Assembly (NCBI GenBank): GCA_947085185.1
Contig: CAMTVK010000007.1
Location: 1 to 64,000 of the forward strand
DNA: 64,000 bases
Direction: 5' to 3'
DNA from: Candidatus Fraserbacteria bacterium
GTDB lineage: Bacteria > Bipolaricaulota > Bipolaricaulia > RBG-16-55-9 > DRXL01
Shown here: in pieces, positions 39,986 through 50,156 of the stretch
Position numbering within the stretch: the stretch's first letter is position 1
Layout: every line of letters begins with the position of its first letter
Translations under genes and position numbers: made by a program
The notes under the pieces: generated by a model
Databases searched by the model: none
Told to the model about the DNA's origin: nothing
Seen by the model: only the letters and a program-made list of their open reading frames with translations

Positions 39986-40473
39986 CTCTCCGACGGCCGA
40001 AAGCCAATCCCAAAGTCGTTCCCCGGCTTGTGCTGCCCTCCCAACTCCTTCTGCAACAGCCATTGGGACTGCAAGAATGCTTTGTACACGTTTTGGATAG
40101 CCGTAAAGAGCACGTGCTTGGTGAGGCCATCGGAAAAGATCTCTTGCTGGAGGACCAACTGTCTGAGAACCCCCTGCGGGTGGATCATCCCAAAGCTGAT
40201 GGGAAAGCGATTCAGCTCCATGCTCAAATTTCTGAGCAGGCTCTCGCGCTGGGGTTGGGTGAGCTTGTGAAAGAGCTGTTGCACGTCGTCAGCGATGGTG
40301 ACGCTCACTTCGACTAAGATTCGGTCTGGGCTGATTTTGGGATTGACGATGCTGACGGTCGTGGGCTGGTTCTTGGGGTGATTGGCCAATAAGACCCAAT
40401 TGGCGTTGGGGTGCTCGACATATCGGTTGAACTGTCCTTCTTCAACAAGCCAGCTCTCGATCTTCTCTCTCAT
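39982..40473 (-). CDS. DUF2299-like protein
   Basis: MREKIESWLVEEG...IFSDGLTK pattern; TATAAT 6 nt before ATG 40473. Confidence 0.65.
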   Translation of the reverse strand: MREKIESWLVEEGQFNRYVEHPNANWVLLANHPKNQPTTVSIVNPKISPDRILVEVSVTIADDVQQLFHKLTQPQRESLLRNLSMELNRFPISFGMIHPQGVLRQLVLQQEIFSDGLTKHVLFTAIQNVYKAFLQSQWLLQKELGGQHKPGNDFGIGFRPSES

Positions 40474-40480
40474 AGCTTGA

Positions 40481-41437
40481 TTATAGATCAGATCGGGGAC
40501 GATTGCACAGAGCAAGCACCAGATCGAAGAGGGACTCCTCCGGGGTGCGCTCGCCTGTCTTGATAGCAATATCTTCTTCGTGCAGCCGGTGGAGCAGCGC
40601 GATGAGCTCAGCCTCCGAGAAGTTGTGCGCCATCTTGCGTTGCTTGCCCACAAGCCAGGCGAACCGCCCCAGCTCTGCGGCGATCTCTTCGCTCGATCTC
40701 TTCTGAGCGACAAGGGATTTCACGGCTAACAATCCACGAACGTGCGACGCGAGCATGAAGAAGATTTTATGAGGATCTTCGCCGGACCGCAGCAACTGGC
40801 GCAAATATTTTACGCTCTGAGGGGTGCGTTCCCCAACGATATCGAGAAATTTGAGGACGCTCTCGCTCTGATCGCTGAAGAGCAACTCGCGCAGCTCCGC
40901 GACGTCCAGCTCTTTGGTGGTGCTGTAGCACGCAAGCTTCTCGATCTCTTTGGCGATACGAGCCGGCTCCGGCTCGACCGCTCCTAGAAGATATGTGATC
41001 GCTGAGGGCGTTAATCTCACAGAGTGCTCGGCGAGCAGCTCGCGCACGAGCTTGGGGAGGCTGCGCCGGTCGGGCTTGGGGAACTCCTCGACGACCCCGT
41101 GTGTGCTGAGGGTTTTATAGAGCTTGGAGCGTTTATCGAGCTTCTCAGCGTCAAGGATGAGCACGAGCGATGCTGCAAGCCCCGCGGCAATCCGCGCGGC
41201 GATCCGGTCAGGCTCGGGCATCTCATCGGCCCGTCGCACGTAGAGAATTTTCGCCTCATCGAAGAGCGATGCCCCACTGAAGTGCTCGTGAGATTCCGTG
41301 AGCTCGCGCCCCTCGAGAGAGATCAGAGCGCGTTTGCGCCCGTGCTGGAGCTGGGCGATGAGCTTCCTCGCCGCGCGCTCCCGTAGGTACCCATCGCCTA
41401 AGAACGCAAAGACGTTCTGCTCTCTTTTCTGCTTCAT
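40481..41437 (-). CDS. holA: DNA polymerase III delta subunit
   Basis: SLFD, KLDKRSK, EIEKLA.Y and D..IKTG; 318 aa. Confidence 0.85.
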   Translation of the reverse strand: MKQKREQNVFAFLGDGYLRERAARKLIAQLQHGRKRALISLEGRELTESHEHFSGASLFDEAKILYVRRADEMPEPDRIAARIAAGLAASLVLILDAEKLDKRSKLYKTLSTHGVVEEFPKPDRRSLPKLVRELLAEHSVRLTPSAITYLLGAVEPEPARIAKEIEKLACYSTTKELDVAELRELLFSDQSESVLKFLDIVGERTPQSVKYLRQLLRSGEDPHKIFFMLASHVRGLLAVKSLVAQKRSSEEIAAELGRFAWLVGKQRKMAHNFSEAELIALLHRLHEEDIAIKTGERTPEESLFDLVLALCNRPRSDL

Positions 41438-42993
41438 CAGAAGACCATCCCGACGCCGATCACCCAGCCTCGGCGATTGTGCACCCCCACACTCAAGATA
41501 AGATTCTCTGAGCGCAGGCTGAGCCCGATCAGCCCCGTCAGATAGACTTTTTCGGTCTGATACCCATTGGGCTTCACGACGACATCGAGCGTGCCCAGCC
41601 CCGATGACACCAAAGGCAACGCGATGTGGGCTTCTCTCTGAACGGCCAGCCCGCCGGCAACGTCAATCCCAAGCCCCCCTAGGAGCGCCAGCGAGAATCT
41701 CCCGTAAAACTCAGTTTCCGGCCCCTCACGATAAGTTTGCGCCGGCCCTATATCTATGGGAATTCCAATATTCTCGTACTCTGGGACGTCTTCACCGGTC
41801 ATCAAGAACGAGACGCCAAGCCCAACGAGATTCGCCCGGGTCGAAATCACAAAACCAAAGTCGAACCCTACGCTGGGGATCTGGGCGGTGTTCAAGCCCC
41901 CGTTGAGCCCCAACGCCAGAGTTGGCTTGAGCCGTGCTGGTGGTGATATGGGCGTCGGAGGAGTCGGGGGTATGGGCGGTGTTGGCAGCACTGGTAGGGA
42001 CGGTGGTACGAGCAACGGCTTCAGCGTCGCTTCGAGGGTGATCTCCGAGTCACCCTTGAGCTCGATCGTCTGATTCCAGGTCTCATAGGTGGCTTTGGCG
42101 ACGACGATGCGATAGCGTCCTGGGGCAATCTCGAGACTGAGGGGGGTCCTGCCCGCGAAAGCATTATTGATAAAGACGTCTGCGTCGTCGGGGTCGGAGA
42201 CGATGCGCAGCCGCGCAGTGCGCCCTAAGGGGCGGAAGAACGGGCTTGCCATAAGCTGGGCTTCGAGCTGCAAAACCGCGCCTGGCGCTATGTCGAGGGT
42301 TCGGGACCATTCTTCGTAGCCGAAGCGCGAGAGCACGATGCGATAGCGTCCGGGGGCGAGCACAACTTCGAGCGGTGTCTGTCCCAGTGCTATCCCGTTG
42401 AGAGAGACGAGCGCGCCCGGTGGATCGGAGACGACGCGCAAGCGCCCCTCAGGTGCCATAATCTGAAAGCACGTCCAGGCCGCAGCCCACCCCGTGGCGC
42501 TCACCGCTCCCAAGAGCAGCTCTTGCATCTTCGACTTAAATTCTTGAGGCTTCTGGCTCAGCAGCGGAAACGGATTCTGTACAGAGAATTGCCCTTGGGG
42601 GATCAGCTGCTCTAACGGGAGCGGCGCGGCCAAAGCTAAGACTTGGATGCACTCCACCCCCGTGGGCGGGGAGATGACGAGACTGTATCGCTGATTTGGG
42701 ATCGTGTGCGTTCCCGCTGATAAGAAATTGACAGGCTGATACGCATTGGGAAACAAGAGATTCACTCGACGGTCAGGCGTGATATTATAAATATAGACGT
42801 ACGAGCTCTGATTGAGAGCGATGGTCAAGCGCAGCTTATCGCCGGGTCTGTACGAAGTTTTCTCCAAGCCGAGCTGAATAGCTAAGGGAGTCTGAGCCGG
42901 CTGGATGATGATCCCTTCGGGGACTGGTTGCTGTTGGGCTACTCCTAACAGGCTGAAGCATACGAGTCCTACCAAGACACAGAGTCGGCGCAT
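41437..42993 (-). CDS. Secreted protein: DUF4384-like domain, two PEGA domains, Pro linker and a putative C-terminal beta-barrel
   Basis: Signal peptide, YVYIYN...LLFPN, two SDP..A.V...G.TP repeats and amphipathic strands ending in Phe. Confidence 0.8.
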   Translation of the reverse strand: MRRLCVLVGLVCFSLLGVAQQQPVPEGIIIQPAQTPLAIQLGLEKTSYRPGDKLRLTIALNQSSYVYIYNITPDRRVNLLFPNAYQPVNFLSAGTHTIPNQRYSLVISPPTGVECIQVLALAAPLPLEQLIPQGQFSVQNPFPLLSQKPQEFKSKMQELLLGAVSATGWAAAWTCFQIMAPEGRLRVVSDPPGALVSLNGIALGQTPLEVVLAPGRYRIVLSRFGYEEWSRTLDIAPGAVLQLEAQLMASPFFRPLGRTARLRIVSDPDDADVFINNAFAGRTPLSLEIAPGRYRIVVAKATYETWNQTIELKGDSEITLEATLKPLLVPPSLPVLPTPPIPPTPPTPISPPARLKPTLALGLNGGLNTAQIPSVGFDFGFVISTRANLVGLGVSFLMTGEDVPEYENIGIPIDIGPAQTYREGPETEFYGRFSLALLGGLGIDVAGGLAVQREAHIALPLVSSGLGTLDVVVKPNGYQTEKVYLTGLIGLSLRSENLILSVGVHNRRGWVIGVGMVF

Positions 42994-43078
42994 AGATATC
43001 ACCCCGGCTTAAGTATAAACGAAGGGAGGGCGGTTTGAAAAATAGTTGATGCGCTCTAGACTTATAGTCGGACTCAAG

Positions 43079-43975
43079 ATGAAAACTTCAGCGCTGGCTT
43101 CCGCGCGGACGGTTGAACTACTTCTTGTGATCGTTGTTCTTATTTGGGGTACAAACTTCATCGTGATCAAATGGGCTTTTCGCGAGTTTCCTCCGTTCGC
43201 ATTTAACGCGATACGCATGACGTTAGCAGCCGTGATCCTGGGGGCCATCTGGGTGGCGCGCGAGAAGGACAGAGCCATGCCCTGGCGCGATTGGGTGAAG
43301 TTCTTGGGGGTAGGGCTGGTGGGCAACACGCTGTATCAGATCTTCTTTGCCGCGGGATTGGACTTGACGACCTCAGCGATCTCCTCGCTGTTGATCGGGA
43401 CGATCCCCATCTGGACGGCACTCCTTGCGATGGCGCTCGGTTGGGAGAAGATCACTCAAAAGACATGGCGTGGAATCGTGATGGCGTTTGTGGGGGTAGC
43501 GCTTGTGGCGCTGGGGAGCTCGTGGGGGAATTCCTCGGCGAAAGATCCCCTGATAGGGAACGGGCTTACGCTCTTGGCAGCGATCTGTTGGGCGGCGTAT
43601 ACGGTGCTCTCCAAGGAGCTCTTGGAGAGATACTCCGCGCTGCGCGTCTCTGCCGTTGGGCTTGTAGTGGGGGTTCCGTGGTTGTGGCTCTTCGCTGTGC
43701 CTGAGCTGCTCTCACTCACGTGGCACTCGATATCGCCGCTTCTGTGGGGAAGCTTCGTATATACGAGCGGCTTTCCTATTGTTTTGGCATACCTCATCTG
43801 GTCTTACAGCATCCAAAAGCTTGGGGCAGCGCGCACCGCCGTCTTTAATAACTTAGTCCCGGTGGTGACCTTCGCGCTCGCCTATATCGTCTTGCGCGAG
43901 CCGATCACATGGGCACAGATCATCGGGGGAGCGCTCGTCTTGATCGGCGTCTTTCAGACGACGAAAAAGACGTAG
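43079..43975 (+). CDS. EamA/DMT transporter
   Basis: IWGTNF motif and about 10 TM segments. Confidence 0.88.
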   Translation: MKTSALASARTVELLLVIVVLIWGTNFIVIKWAFREFPPFAFNAIRMTLAAVILGAIWVAREKDRAMPWRDWVKFLGVGLVGNTLYQIFFAAGLDLTTSAISSLLIGTIPIWTALLAMALGWEKITQKTWRGIVMAFVGVALVALGSSWGNSSAKDPLIGNGLTLLAAICWAAYTVLSKELLERYSALRVSAVGLVVGVPWLWLFAVPELLSLTWHSISPLLWGSFVYTSGFPIVLAYLIWSYSIQKLGAARTAVFNNLVPVVTFALAYIVLREPITWAQIIGGALVLIGVFQTTKKT

Positions 43976-43999
43976 GGGCACGCCAAGCGTGCCCCTTAC
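43972..43999. repeat. GTAG-type REP-like hairpin between convergent genes (possible terminator)
   Basis: gtaggggcacgc-caa-gcgtgcccct-tac. Confidence 0.65.
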
Positions 44000-44010
44000 G
44001 TCGAATAGTC

Positions 44011-45288
44011 TTATGCGTACAGTCCGCGAGCGCGCGCGGCCTCCGCAACACGTGATACCGCCGTCATGAACGCCGCAGTGCGCATGTCAACTTTCTCCTT
44101 GAGATGCATAGCGAGCACTCGCTTGAACGCCTCCGTCATGAAGAGCTTGAGACGCTCATCTACTCTCTCAGCGTCCCAGAAATACCGATAGCGATCTTGC
44201 ACCCACTCAAAGTACGAGACGGTCACCCCGCCGGAGTTCGCCAAGATATCGGGGATCACGAAAATCCCGCGCTCGTGCAAGATCGCATCGGCCTCTTGGG
44301 TCGTGGGGCCGTTGGCCAGCTCGCAGATGACCTTCGCTTTGATCTTTGGAGCATTGTGCTCATGGAGCTGGTCTTCTAATGCCGCTGGCGCTAAGATATC
44401 ACACGGGAGCTCCAACAGCTCTGCGTTGGTGATCTGGTCTGCCCCTTTGAAACCGACGACCGTGCCCGTCTCCTTCTTGAAGGCGAGCACAGCTTTGTAG
44501 TCCAAGCCCTTGCTGTTGTAGATGCCGCCCGTGGAGTCGCTGACGGCGATGATCTTGGCCCCGGCATCCTGCATGAATTGAGCATAGTACGAGCCGGCAT
44601 TGCCAAAGCCCTGAATCGCGACGGCGGCGCCCTCCAACTTCATCTTGAGGTGATCGAGTGCTTCGAGGGTACAGAAGAAGCCGCCGCGGGCTGTCGCCGT
44701 CTCGCGTCCCACTGAGCCCCCTAACAACAACGGCTTGCCCGTCACCAGACCCGGCATGAATTCCCCATGATGGTGCATGCTAATTGTATCAACGATCCAG
44801 GCCATCTCCCGCGAGCCTGTATAGACGTCGGGTGCGGGGATGTCCATATCCGGCCCGATGATCACAGAGATCTCGGATGCATAGCGTCGCGTGAGCCGCT
44901 CGATCTCCCCAATGGACATCTCCTTGGGGTTGCACCGGACGCCCCCCTTGGCCCCGCTGAAGGGCAGCCCCGCGACCGCGCACTTCCAGTTCATCAGGAT
45001 CGCGAGCGCCTCGACTTCTTCTAACGTCGTGTTGGGGTGATAGCGAATGCCGCCCTTGCCCGGCCCCAATACGGGATGACACTGCACCCGATAGCCCTCA
45101 AAATTGATCGTCCGGCCATCGTCCATGCGCACCGGAAAGTTGACGATCAGCTTGCGCTTGGGATACCGCAACAGCTCGACTAAGCTGTCTTCCAGCTTGA
45201 GCTTTCGCGCAGCCACGTCGAAGAAGTACCGCGCGGTCTTGAGCATCTTCAGCTCGCCTTCCCGTTTGACATCTGCTGTGGTGGCCAT
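44011..45288 (-). CDS. gdhA: Glutamate dehydrogenase (Glu/Leu/Phe/Val family)
   Basis: KGGIRY, GAKGG, DIPAPD, QGFGNAG and GGVTVSYFEW. Confidence 0.94.
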   Translation of the reverse strand: MATTADVKREGELKMLKTARYFFDVAARKLKLEDSLVELLRYPKRKLIVNFPVRMDDGRTINFEGYRVQCHPVLGPGKGGIRYHPNTTLEEVEALAILMNWKCAVAGLPFSGAKGGVRCNPKEMSIGEIERLTRRYASEISVIIGPDMDIPAPDVYTGSREMAWIVDTISMHHHGEFMPGLVTGKPLLLGGSVGRETATARGGFFCTLEALDHLKMKLEGAAVAIQGFGNAGSYYAQFMQDAGAKIIAVSDSTGGIYNSKGLDYKAVLAFKKETGTVVGFKGADQITNAELLELPCDILAPAALEDQLHEHNAPKIKAKVICELANGPTTQEADAILHERGIFVIPDILANSGGVTVSYFEWVQDRYRYFWDAERVDERLKLFMTEAFKRVLAMHLKEKVDMRTAAFMTAVSRVAEAARARGLYA

Positions 45289-45291
45289 AGA

Positions 45292-45837
45292 TCAGACCTC
45301 CTTTGTCTGAGTCTTCTGAACCAACTGACGACCGATCTCCAAAGCGCGCAGGTTCTGCTCACGGAACTTGGCGGGAGTGCGCCTCTCTACAGCCTTGTGC
45401 AAACTCTCCCAAGAGACGAGCTCCGCCAAGGCGTTCAGCGCTCCCAGAGCTACAACATTGGCTACCACCTTATTGCCCACATGCTCAACTGCCATGCGCA
45501 CCAACGGAAGCTTATGAATCGCCGTAAGAGATGGGGCCTGCACTTGTGCGGAGTCTACGACAATCAGACCGTGATCGTTCATGGCGGGGAAGTATCTGTC
45601 GAACGCATCTTGCGAGAGACAGAGCAAGATATCGGGTTTGGTCACTTGGGGATAGGCGATCTTCTCAGAAGAGATAATCACTTCGGCTTTGCTGGCTCCC
45701 AGGCGCGCCTCGGGGCCGTAGCTCTGCGCCACCGCGACGTTCTTGCCGTCGCGCATCGCCGCTTCGGCCAAGATAATCCCAGCTAAGACCAGCCCCTGCC
45801 CCCCAGACCCACTCAATTGAATCTGCTTAGTCGCCAT
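45292..45837 (-). CDS. korC: 2-oxoacid:ferredoxin oxidoreductase gamma subunit (Kor-type)
   Basis: GSGGQG and QSYGPEAR.G.S motifs. Confidence 0.88.
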   Translation of the reverse strand: MATKQIQLSGSGGQGLVLAGIILAEAAMRDGKNVAVAQSYGPEARLGASKAEVIISSEKIAYPQVTKPDILLCLSQDAFDRYFPAMNDHGLIVVDSAQVQAPSLTAIHKLPLVRMAVEHVGNKVVANVVALGALNALAELVSWESLHKAVERRTPAKFREQNLRALEIGRQLVQKTQTKEV

Positions 45838-46663
45838 CCATCTTCACCCGCTGGCCCTGCATCTGTGCTATCAGCCCGTAATAGCTCTCCACAAACTCCG
45901 GACGCTCCTGTCGATGCAGTTCCCCAATGACTATCTTCTCAGCGCGCTCCTCCTCACTGAGCTGCTCCCACTCTTCGATGGGCACAGTTTGCTCTTTGAT
46001 ATTGTGCAGCATCTCATAGGGATCGCGCAAGTCGTTCAGCCGCCCATAATATGTCGGGCAGTGCGTGAGCACCTCGATCACGGAGAAGCCCTTATGGGCG
46101 ATCCCGCGCTTGATCAAGTGCACCATATCACGGAAGTCGAAGCTGGTGGTGCGCGCGACGTAGGTCGCTCCGGCGGCGATGGCGAGCCGAGCGATATCGA
46201 AGGGGTGTTCGAGATTTCCATAGGGGCTGGTCATGCTCTTCTTCTGACGGGGAGTCGTGGGCGCGACCTGCCCGCCCGTCTGGCCGTAAATCGAATTGTT
46301 ATAGATAATCGCTGTTAAATCTAAATTCCGCCGGCACGCGTGAATGAAGTGATTCCCCCCAATGCCCACGGCGTCGCCGTCGCCGAGGGCGAGCACGACT
46401 GTTAAGTCTGGGCGCACCAGCTTGAGCCCCGTGGCAAAGACGAGCGCCCGCCCGTGCGTCGTGTGCATCGCGTCGGTATTGAAGAGAAAAGCTGTGCGCC
46501 CCGAGCACCCGATCCCACCGACGACCGCCGTTTGGTTGGGATCGAGCTTGAGCTCGGCCATGGCGCACGCCAACGCGTGCGTGATCATGCCGTGCCCACA
46601 CCCGGGACACCAGACATGGGGCAACTTCTCTACTCTCAAATATTCTAGAAACTCATGCGCCAT
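45827..46663 (-). CDS. korB: 2-oxoacid:ferredoxin oxidoreductase beta subunit (Kor-type)
   Basis: WCPGCG, GIGCS, GDGD and CPT motifs. Confidence 0.92.
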   Translation of the reverse strand: MAHEFLEYLRVEKLPHVWCPGCGHGMITHALACAMAELKLDPNQTAVVGGIGCSGRTAFLFNTDAMHTTHGRALVFATGLKLVRPDLTVVLALGDGDAVGIGGNHFIHACRRNLDLTAIIYNNSIYGQTGGQVAPTTPRQKKSMTSPYGNLEHPFDIARLAIAAGATYVARTTSFDFRDMVHLIKRGIAHKGFSVIEVLTHCPTYYGRLNDLRDPYEMLHNIKEQTVPIEEWEQLSEEERAEKIVIGELHRQERPEFVESYYGLIAQMQGQRVKMDGD

Positions 46664-47792
46664 AGCGTCCCCCCTTGCTACAGTGTATGCGATCGGACAC
46701 GCGCTGACATATCTGTTCTGGAGTGATCAAGTATCCGTCAACGCGCCCCAGGTGTTCCACGGGGGCTTGGCCGCCCACGGCGCGCTCGACCTCTCGCACG
46801 AGTTGCCCTAAATTGAGCTCCGGGACCAGCACATACCGAGCACGCTCTGTACACGAACGCACGATCTTGTCTGGAAAGGGCCACAGCGTCTTCAGATCGA
46901 GCCAGCCGACGGCCACCCCTTCGGCTCGCAGAGCACGCACAGCTTCTTCTACCGCTCGGCTGGTGATGCCATAGCTGACGATCACGACCTCCGCGTCGTC
47001 CACATAATAAGCGTGATAGAGCGCGAGTTCTTCGGCGCGGCTCTCGATCTTCGTTAAAATCCTCTGAAGCTGTTCGGCAGCTTTCTTCCCCTGCGCGGGA
47101 AACCCGAGCTCATCGTGAGCCATCCCCGTGACCATAAGGCGCCCGCCCTCGCCAAAAGCGCAGAACGTCTCATCGGAGAACGGCTTGAAATCTTCAAGGC
47201 GCTCAGGGCGCTGTCGCGAGATGACCTCGAGTTCTCCGGGCTCAGGGAGAATAACATTCTCGCGCAGGTGCGCCAAGACTTCGTCGAGGAGCAGGATGAC
47301 CGGCACGCGATATCTTTCCGCGAGATTAAAAGCTCGGACGGTCATCTCGAAGACCTCGCGCACCCAGGAAGCCGTCAGCACGATGACAGGGTGATCGCCG
47401 TGGGTGCCCCAGCGGGCTTGCATGACATCGCCTTGGGAGACCTTGGTGGGCTGGCCGGTGCTCGGCCCGCCACGCTGCGCATCTACGATGACGCACGGAG
47501 TCTCTGTAATCGCGGCGTACCCAATAGACTCCTGCATGAGCGAAAATCCGGGCCCGCTCGTCGCCGTCATCGCTTTCACACCGCCCCACGACGCCCCGAT
47601 GACCGCCGAAATAGATGCGATCTCGTCTTCCATCTGAATACAGACGCCGCCGACCTTGGGCAGCTCGCGCGCTAAGTATTCCATGATCTCGCTGCTGGGC
47701 GTGATGGGGTACCCCGCAAAGAACCGACAGCCCGCGTAGATCGCCCCGCGCGCACACGCCTCGTTCCCCTGGACAAGCTCTAGCTCTCTCAT
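46653..47792 (-). CDS. korA: 2-oxoacid:ferredoxin oxidoreductase alpha subunit (Kor-type)
   Basis: GYPITP, EDEI, TSGPG and RGGPSTG motifs. Confidence 0.92.
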   Translation of the reverse strand: MRELELVQGNEACARGAIYAGCRFFAGYPITPSSEIMEYLARELPKVGGVCIQMEDEIASISAVIGASWGGVKAMTATSGPGFSLMQESIGYAAITETPCVIVDAQRGGPSTGQPTKVSQGDVMQARWGTHGDHPVIVLTASWVREVFEMTVRAFNLAERYRVPVILLLDEVLAHLRENVILPEPGELEVISRQRPERLEDFKPFSDETFCAFGEGGRLMVTGMAHDELGFPAQGKKAAEQLQRILTKIESRAEELALYHAYYVDDAEVVIVSYGITSRAVEEAVRALRAEGVAVGWLDLKTLWPFPDKIVRSCTERARYVLVPELNLGQLVREVERAVGGQAPVEHLGRVDGYLITPEQICQRVSDRIHCSKGGRYGA

Positions 47793-48022
47793 ACAAGCGC
47801 CGGCTGAGAGACCCTGTTCTTATGGACCGAGATAGCAAAATCAGGACACCGCTGCTCGCAGATGCCGCAGAAGACACAGCGAGCGATCTCCTTGGCCTCG
47901 ACCTTCCCCTCGCCGTTGAGCACCAATACGCCCATGGGACAGCTCTGAACACACACTTCGCATCCCTTGCACCGACGCGGCTCGATGACTAAGAAAAAGC
48001 CCCCTTGCTCGTAACGTATCAT
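47789..48022 (-). CDS. korD: 2x[4Fe-4S] delta subunit / ferredoxin (Kor-type)
   Basis: CKGCEVCVQSCP and CVFCGICEQRCP; ATGA-coupled start at 48022. Confidence 0.88.
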   Translation of the reverse strand: MIRYEQGGFFLVIEPRRCKGCEVCVQSCPMGVLVLNGEGKVEAKEIARCVFCGICEQRCPDFAISVHKNRVSQPALV

Positions 48023-48951
48023 AGAGATCTGCTCCTCTGCAGCAATCTCTCCCAGTCTTCGTCCACTTGCTGTTGGATCTGCATCACGAGCGCCTCGTTT
48101 CCTGGCGCCAGCAGATGGGCAAAGCGCTTCTGCGGGCGCAGCCACTCCGTGATGGGGAGCTTCTCCTCGGGAATAGAGTTTATGTGCCAGCGCCCGTCCA
48201 TGATCTCATAGAGGGGCCAGTAGCACGTCTCCACGGCTAGACGAGCGATCTTGACGCTCGCCTCGGGCGGGTGGCCCCAGCCGCGTGGGCAGGTCGAGAG
48301 CACATTGAGAAACGCTGGGCCATCTACAGAAGCAGCCTTGCGCGCCTTCAGCGCGAGATCGTACCAATCGCTGATGGACGCTTGCGCCACATACGGGATG
48401 TGGTGCGCCGCGACAATCTCTGTTAAGTCTTTGCGGCGCTGGGGCTTGCCAAAGCTCTTCTCGCCCACCGGGACGGTGCTCGTGTGCGCGGCAAACGGCG
48501 TCGCCCCGGAACGCTGATTGCCTGTGTTCATATACGCTTCGTTGTCGTAGCAGACGTATATGAATCTATGGCCACGCTCGAGCGCTCCAGAGAGCGCCTG
48601 CAGCCCGATATCGTAGGTGCCGCCGTCGCCCCCAAACGCCACAAACCGAATCTCTTTGGTGAGCTGGCCTCGCCGTCGTAAGACCCTATAGGCCGTCTCA
48701 ACCCCGCTGGCGACGGCCGCGGCGTTCTCGAACGCCACATGGATCCACGGGACGTTCCAGGCTGTCGTGGGATAGCGCGTCGTGGCCACCTCAAGACAGC
48801 CCGTCGCGTTTATAACCACGACGGGCTCTTCAATGGCGTTGAGGATCGTGCGTACGCAGATGGGGACCCCACAGCCGGCACAGAGGGCATGAGCCCCGGT
48901 GAAGCGTTTGTGGAGCTCCTCGCGTTGTGCGAGTTCTTTCGTATTGGGCAT
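48019..48951 (-). CDS. porB: Pyruvate:ferredoxin oxidoreductase beta subunit
   Basis: CAGCG, TGCLE, GGDGG and NEAYMNTG.Q; GTG 48960 is an alternative start. Confidence 0.92.
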   Translation of the reverse strand: MPNTKELAQREELHKRFTGAHALCAGCGVPICVRTILNAIEEPVVVINATGCLEVATTRYPTTAWNVPWIHVAFENAAAVASGVETAYRVLRRRGQLTKEIRFVAFGGDGGTYDIGLQALSGALERGHRFIYVCYDNEAYMNTGNQRSGATPFAAHTSTVPVGEKSFGKPQRRKDLTEIVAAHHIPYVAQASISDWYDLALKARKAASVDGPAFLNVLSTCPRGWGHPPEASVKIARLAVETCYWPLYEIMDGRWHINSIPEEKLPITEWLRPQKRFAHLLAPGNEALVMQIQQQVDEDWERLLQRSRSL

Positions 48952-48956
48952 AGAGA

Positions 48957-50150
48957 TCACTCCCGCAGGCCAAGATAGCGCAACACCGTCGGGTCGAGGT
49001 CGTTCTGCAAGTCCGTCACGACGGACGTTAAGAGCTCTGGGGGCGTGTCGCGCCCGCCCAGCCCATAGATATAGTTATAGAGCGCGGGTCTTTTGTGGAG
49101 ATAGCGTCCGAGCGCCGCAGCGATTTCTAAATAGAGCGGCCCCCAACTGCCCAGTGAGATCGCGCGATCTAAGACGGCCACGGCGCGCTTGCCCGCAAGC
49201 GCCTGCGCGATCTCGCGGGCGGGGAAGGGGCGAAAGACCCAAGGCTTCAACAGCCCGACTTTGATCCCCTTGCGCCGCAGCCGATCTATGGCGACTTTGG
49301 CCGTGCCCGCCGTCGAACTCAAGATCACGAGCGCGTACTCCGCATCGCTGAGCTTATACTCTTCAAAGAAGCCCTCATAACGACGGCCTGAAATCTCCGC
49401 AAACCCTCTCTGAAGCTCAAGCCAGACAGTCCGTGCTGCTTCAAGGGCATCAACTTGTTGGCGCTTGAGCTCAAAATAATAGTCGGGCAGGGCAAACGGC
49501 CCTTGGGTCGTGGGATGCTCTACGTCCAAGAGAGGATAGAGCGGTTTGTATTCGCCCACGAATGCTTTGACGGCTTCATCGGGAAGAAGAGCTACGGGCT
49601 CGGCCGAGTGCGTGATCGTGAATCCATCTTGCATCACCATCACCGGGGCTAAGACCCTACGGTCCTCCGCGAGCCGCTGGGCGACGATCATGAAGTCATA
49701 GGCTTCTTGGGCGTTTTCGGCAAAGAGCTGCACACACCCGGCATCGCGGGCCATCATGCTGTCGGAGTGATCGCAATGAATATTAATGGGGCCGGAGAGC
49801 GCCCGGCTCCCTACGGCAATGACGATGGGGCAGCGCATGGACGCTGCGATATAGACGATCTCGAGCATCAGCGCCAACCCTTGGGAGCTCGTAGCGGTCA
49901 TCACGCGCGCCCCAGCGCACGACGCGCCCACAGCCGCGCTCATGGCGCTATGCTCGCTCTCCACGTTGATGATCTCTGTATCGCACTGGCCGTCGGCGAC
50001 GAACTGTGCGAATGTCTCGATAATAGGGGTCTGGGGCGTGATGGGATAGACGGGCACGACATCGGGATGGATCTGGCGCATCGCGTGTGCCGCAGCTTCC
50101 GCTCCTGTCAAGAGAAGCAGTTCTGTTGCTGATGTCATGGCCGCGCCCAT
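48957..50150 (-). CDS. porA: Pyruvate:ferredoxin oxidoreductase alpha subunit
   Basis: YPITPQT, ESEHSA, TSSQGL and GLGGRD. Confidence 0.92.
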   Translation of the reverse strand: MGAAMTSATELLLLTGAEAAAHAMRQIHPDVVPVYPITPQTPIIETFAQFVADGQCDTEIINVESEHSAMSAAVGASCAGARVMTATSSQGLALMLEIVYIAASMRCPIVIAVGSRALSGPINIHCDHSDSMMARDAGCVQLFAENAQEAYDFMIVAQRLAEDRRVLAPVMVMQDGFTITHSAEPVALLPDEAVKAFVGEYKPLYPLLDVEHPTTQGPFALPDYYFELKRQQVDALEAARTVWLELQRGFAEISGRRYEGFFEEYKLSDAEYALVILSSTAGTAKVAIDRLRRKGIKVGLLKPWVFRPFPAREIAQALAGKRAVAVLDRAISLGSWGPLYLEIAAALGRYLHKRPALYNYIYGLGGRDTPPELLTSVVTDLQNDLDPTVLRYLGLRE

Positions 50151-50156
50151 ACTTCT

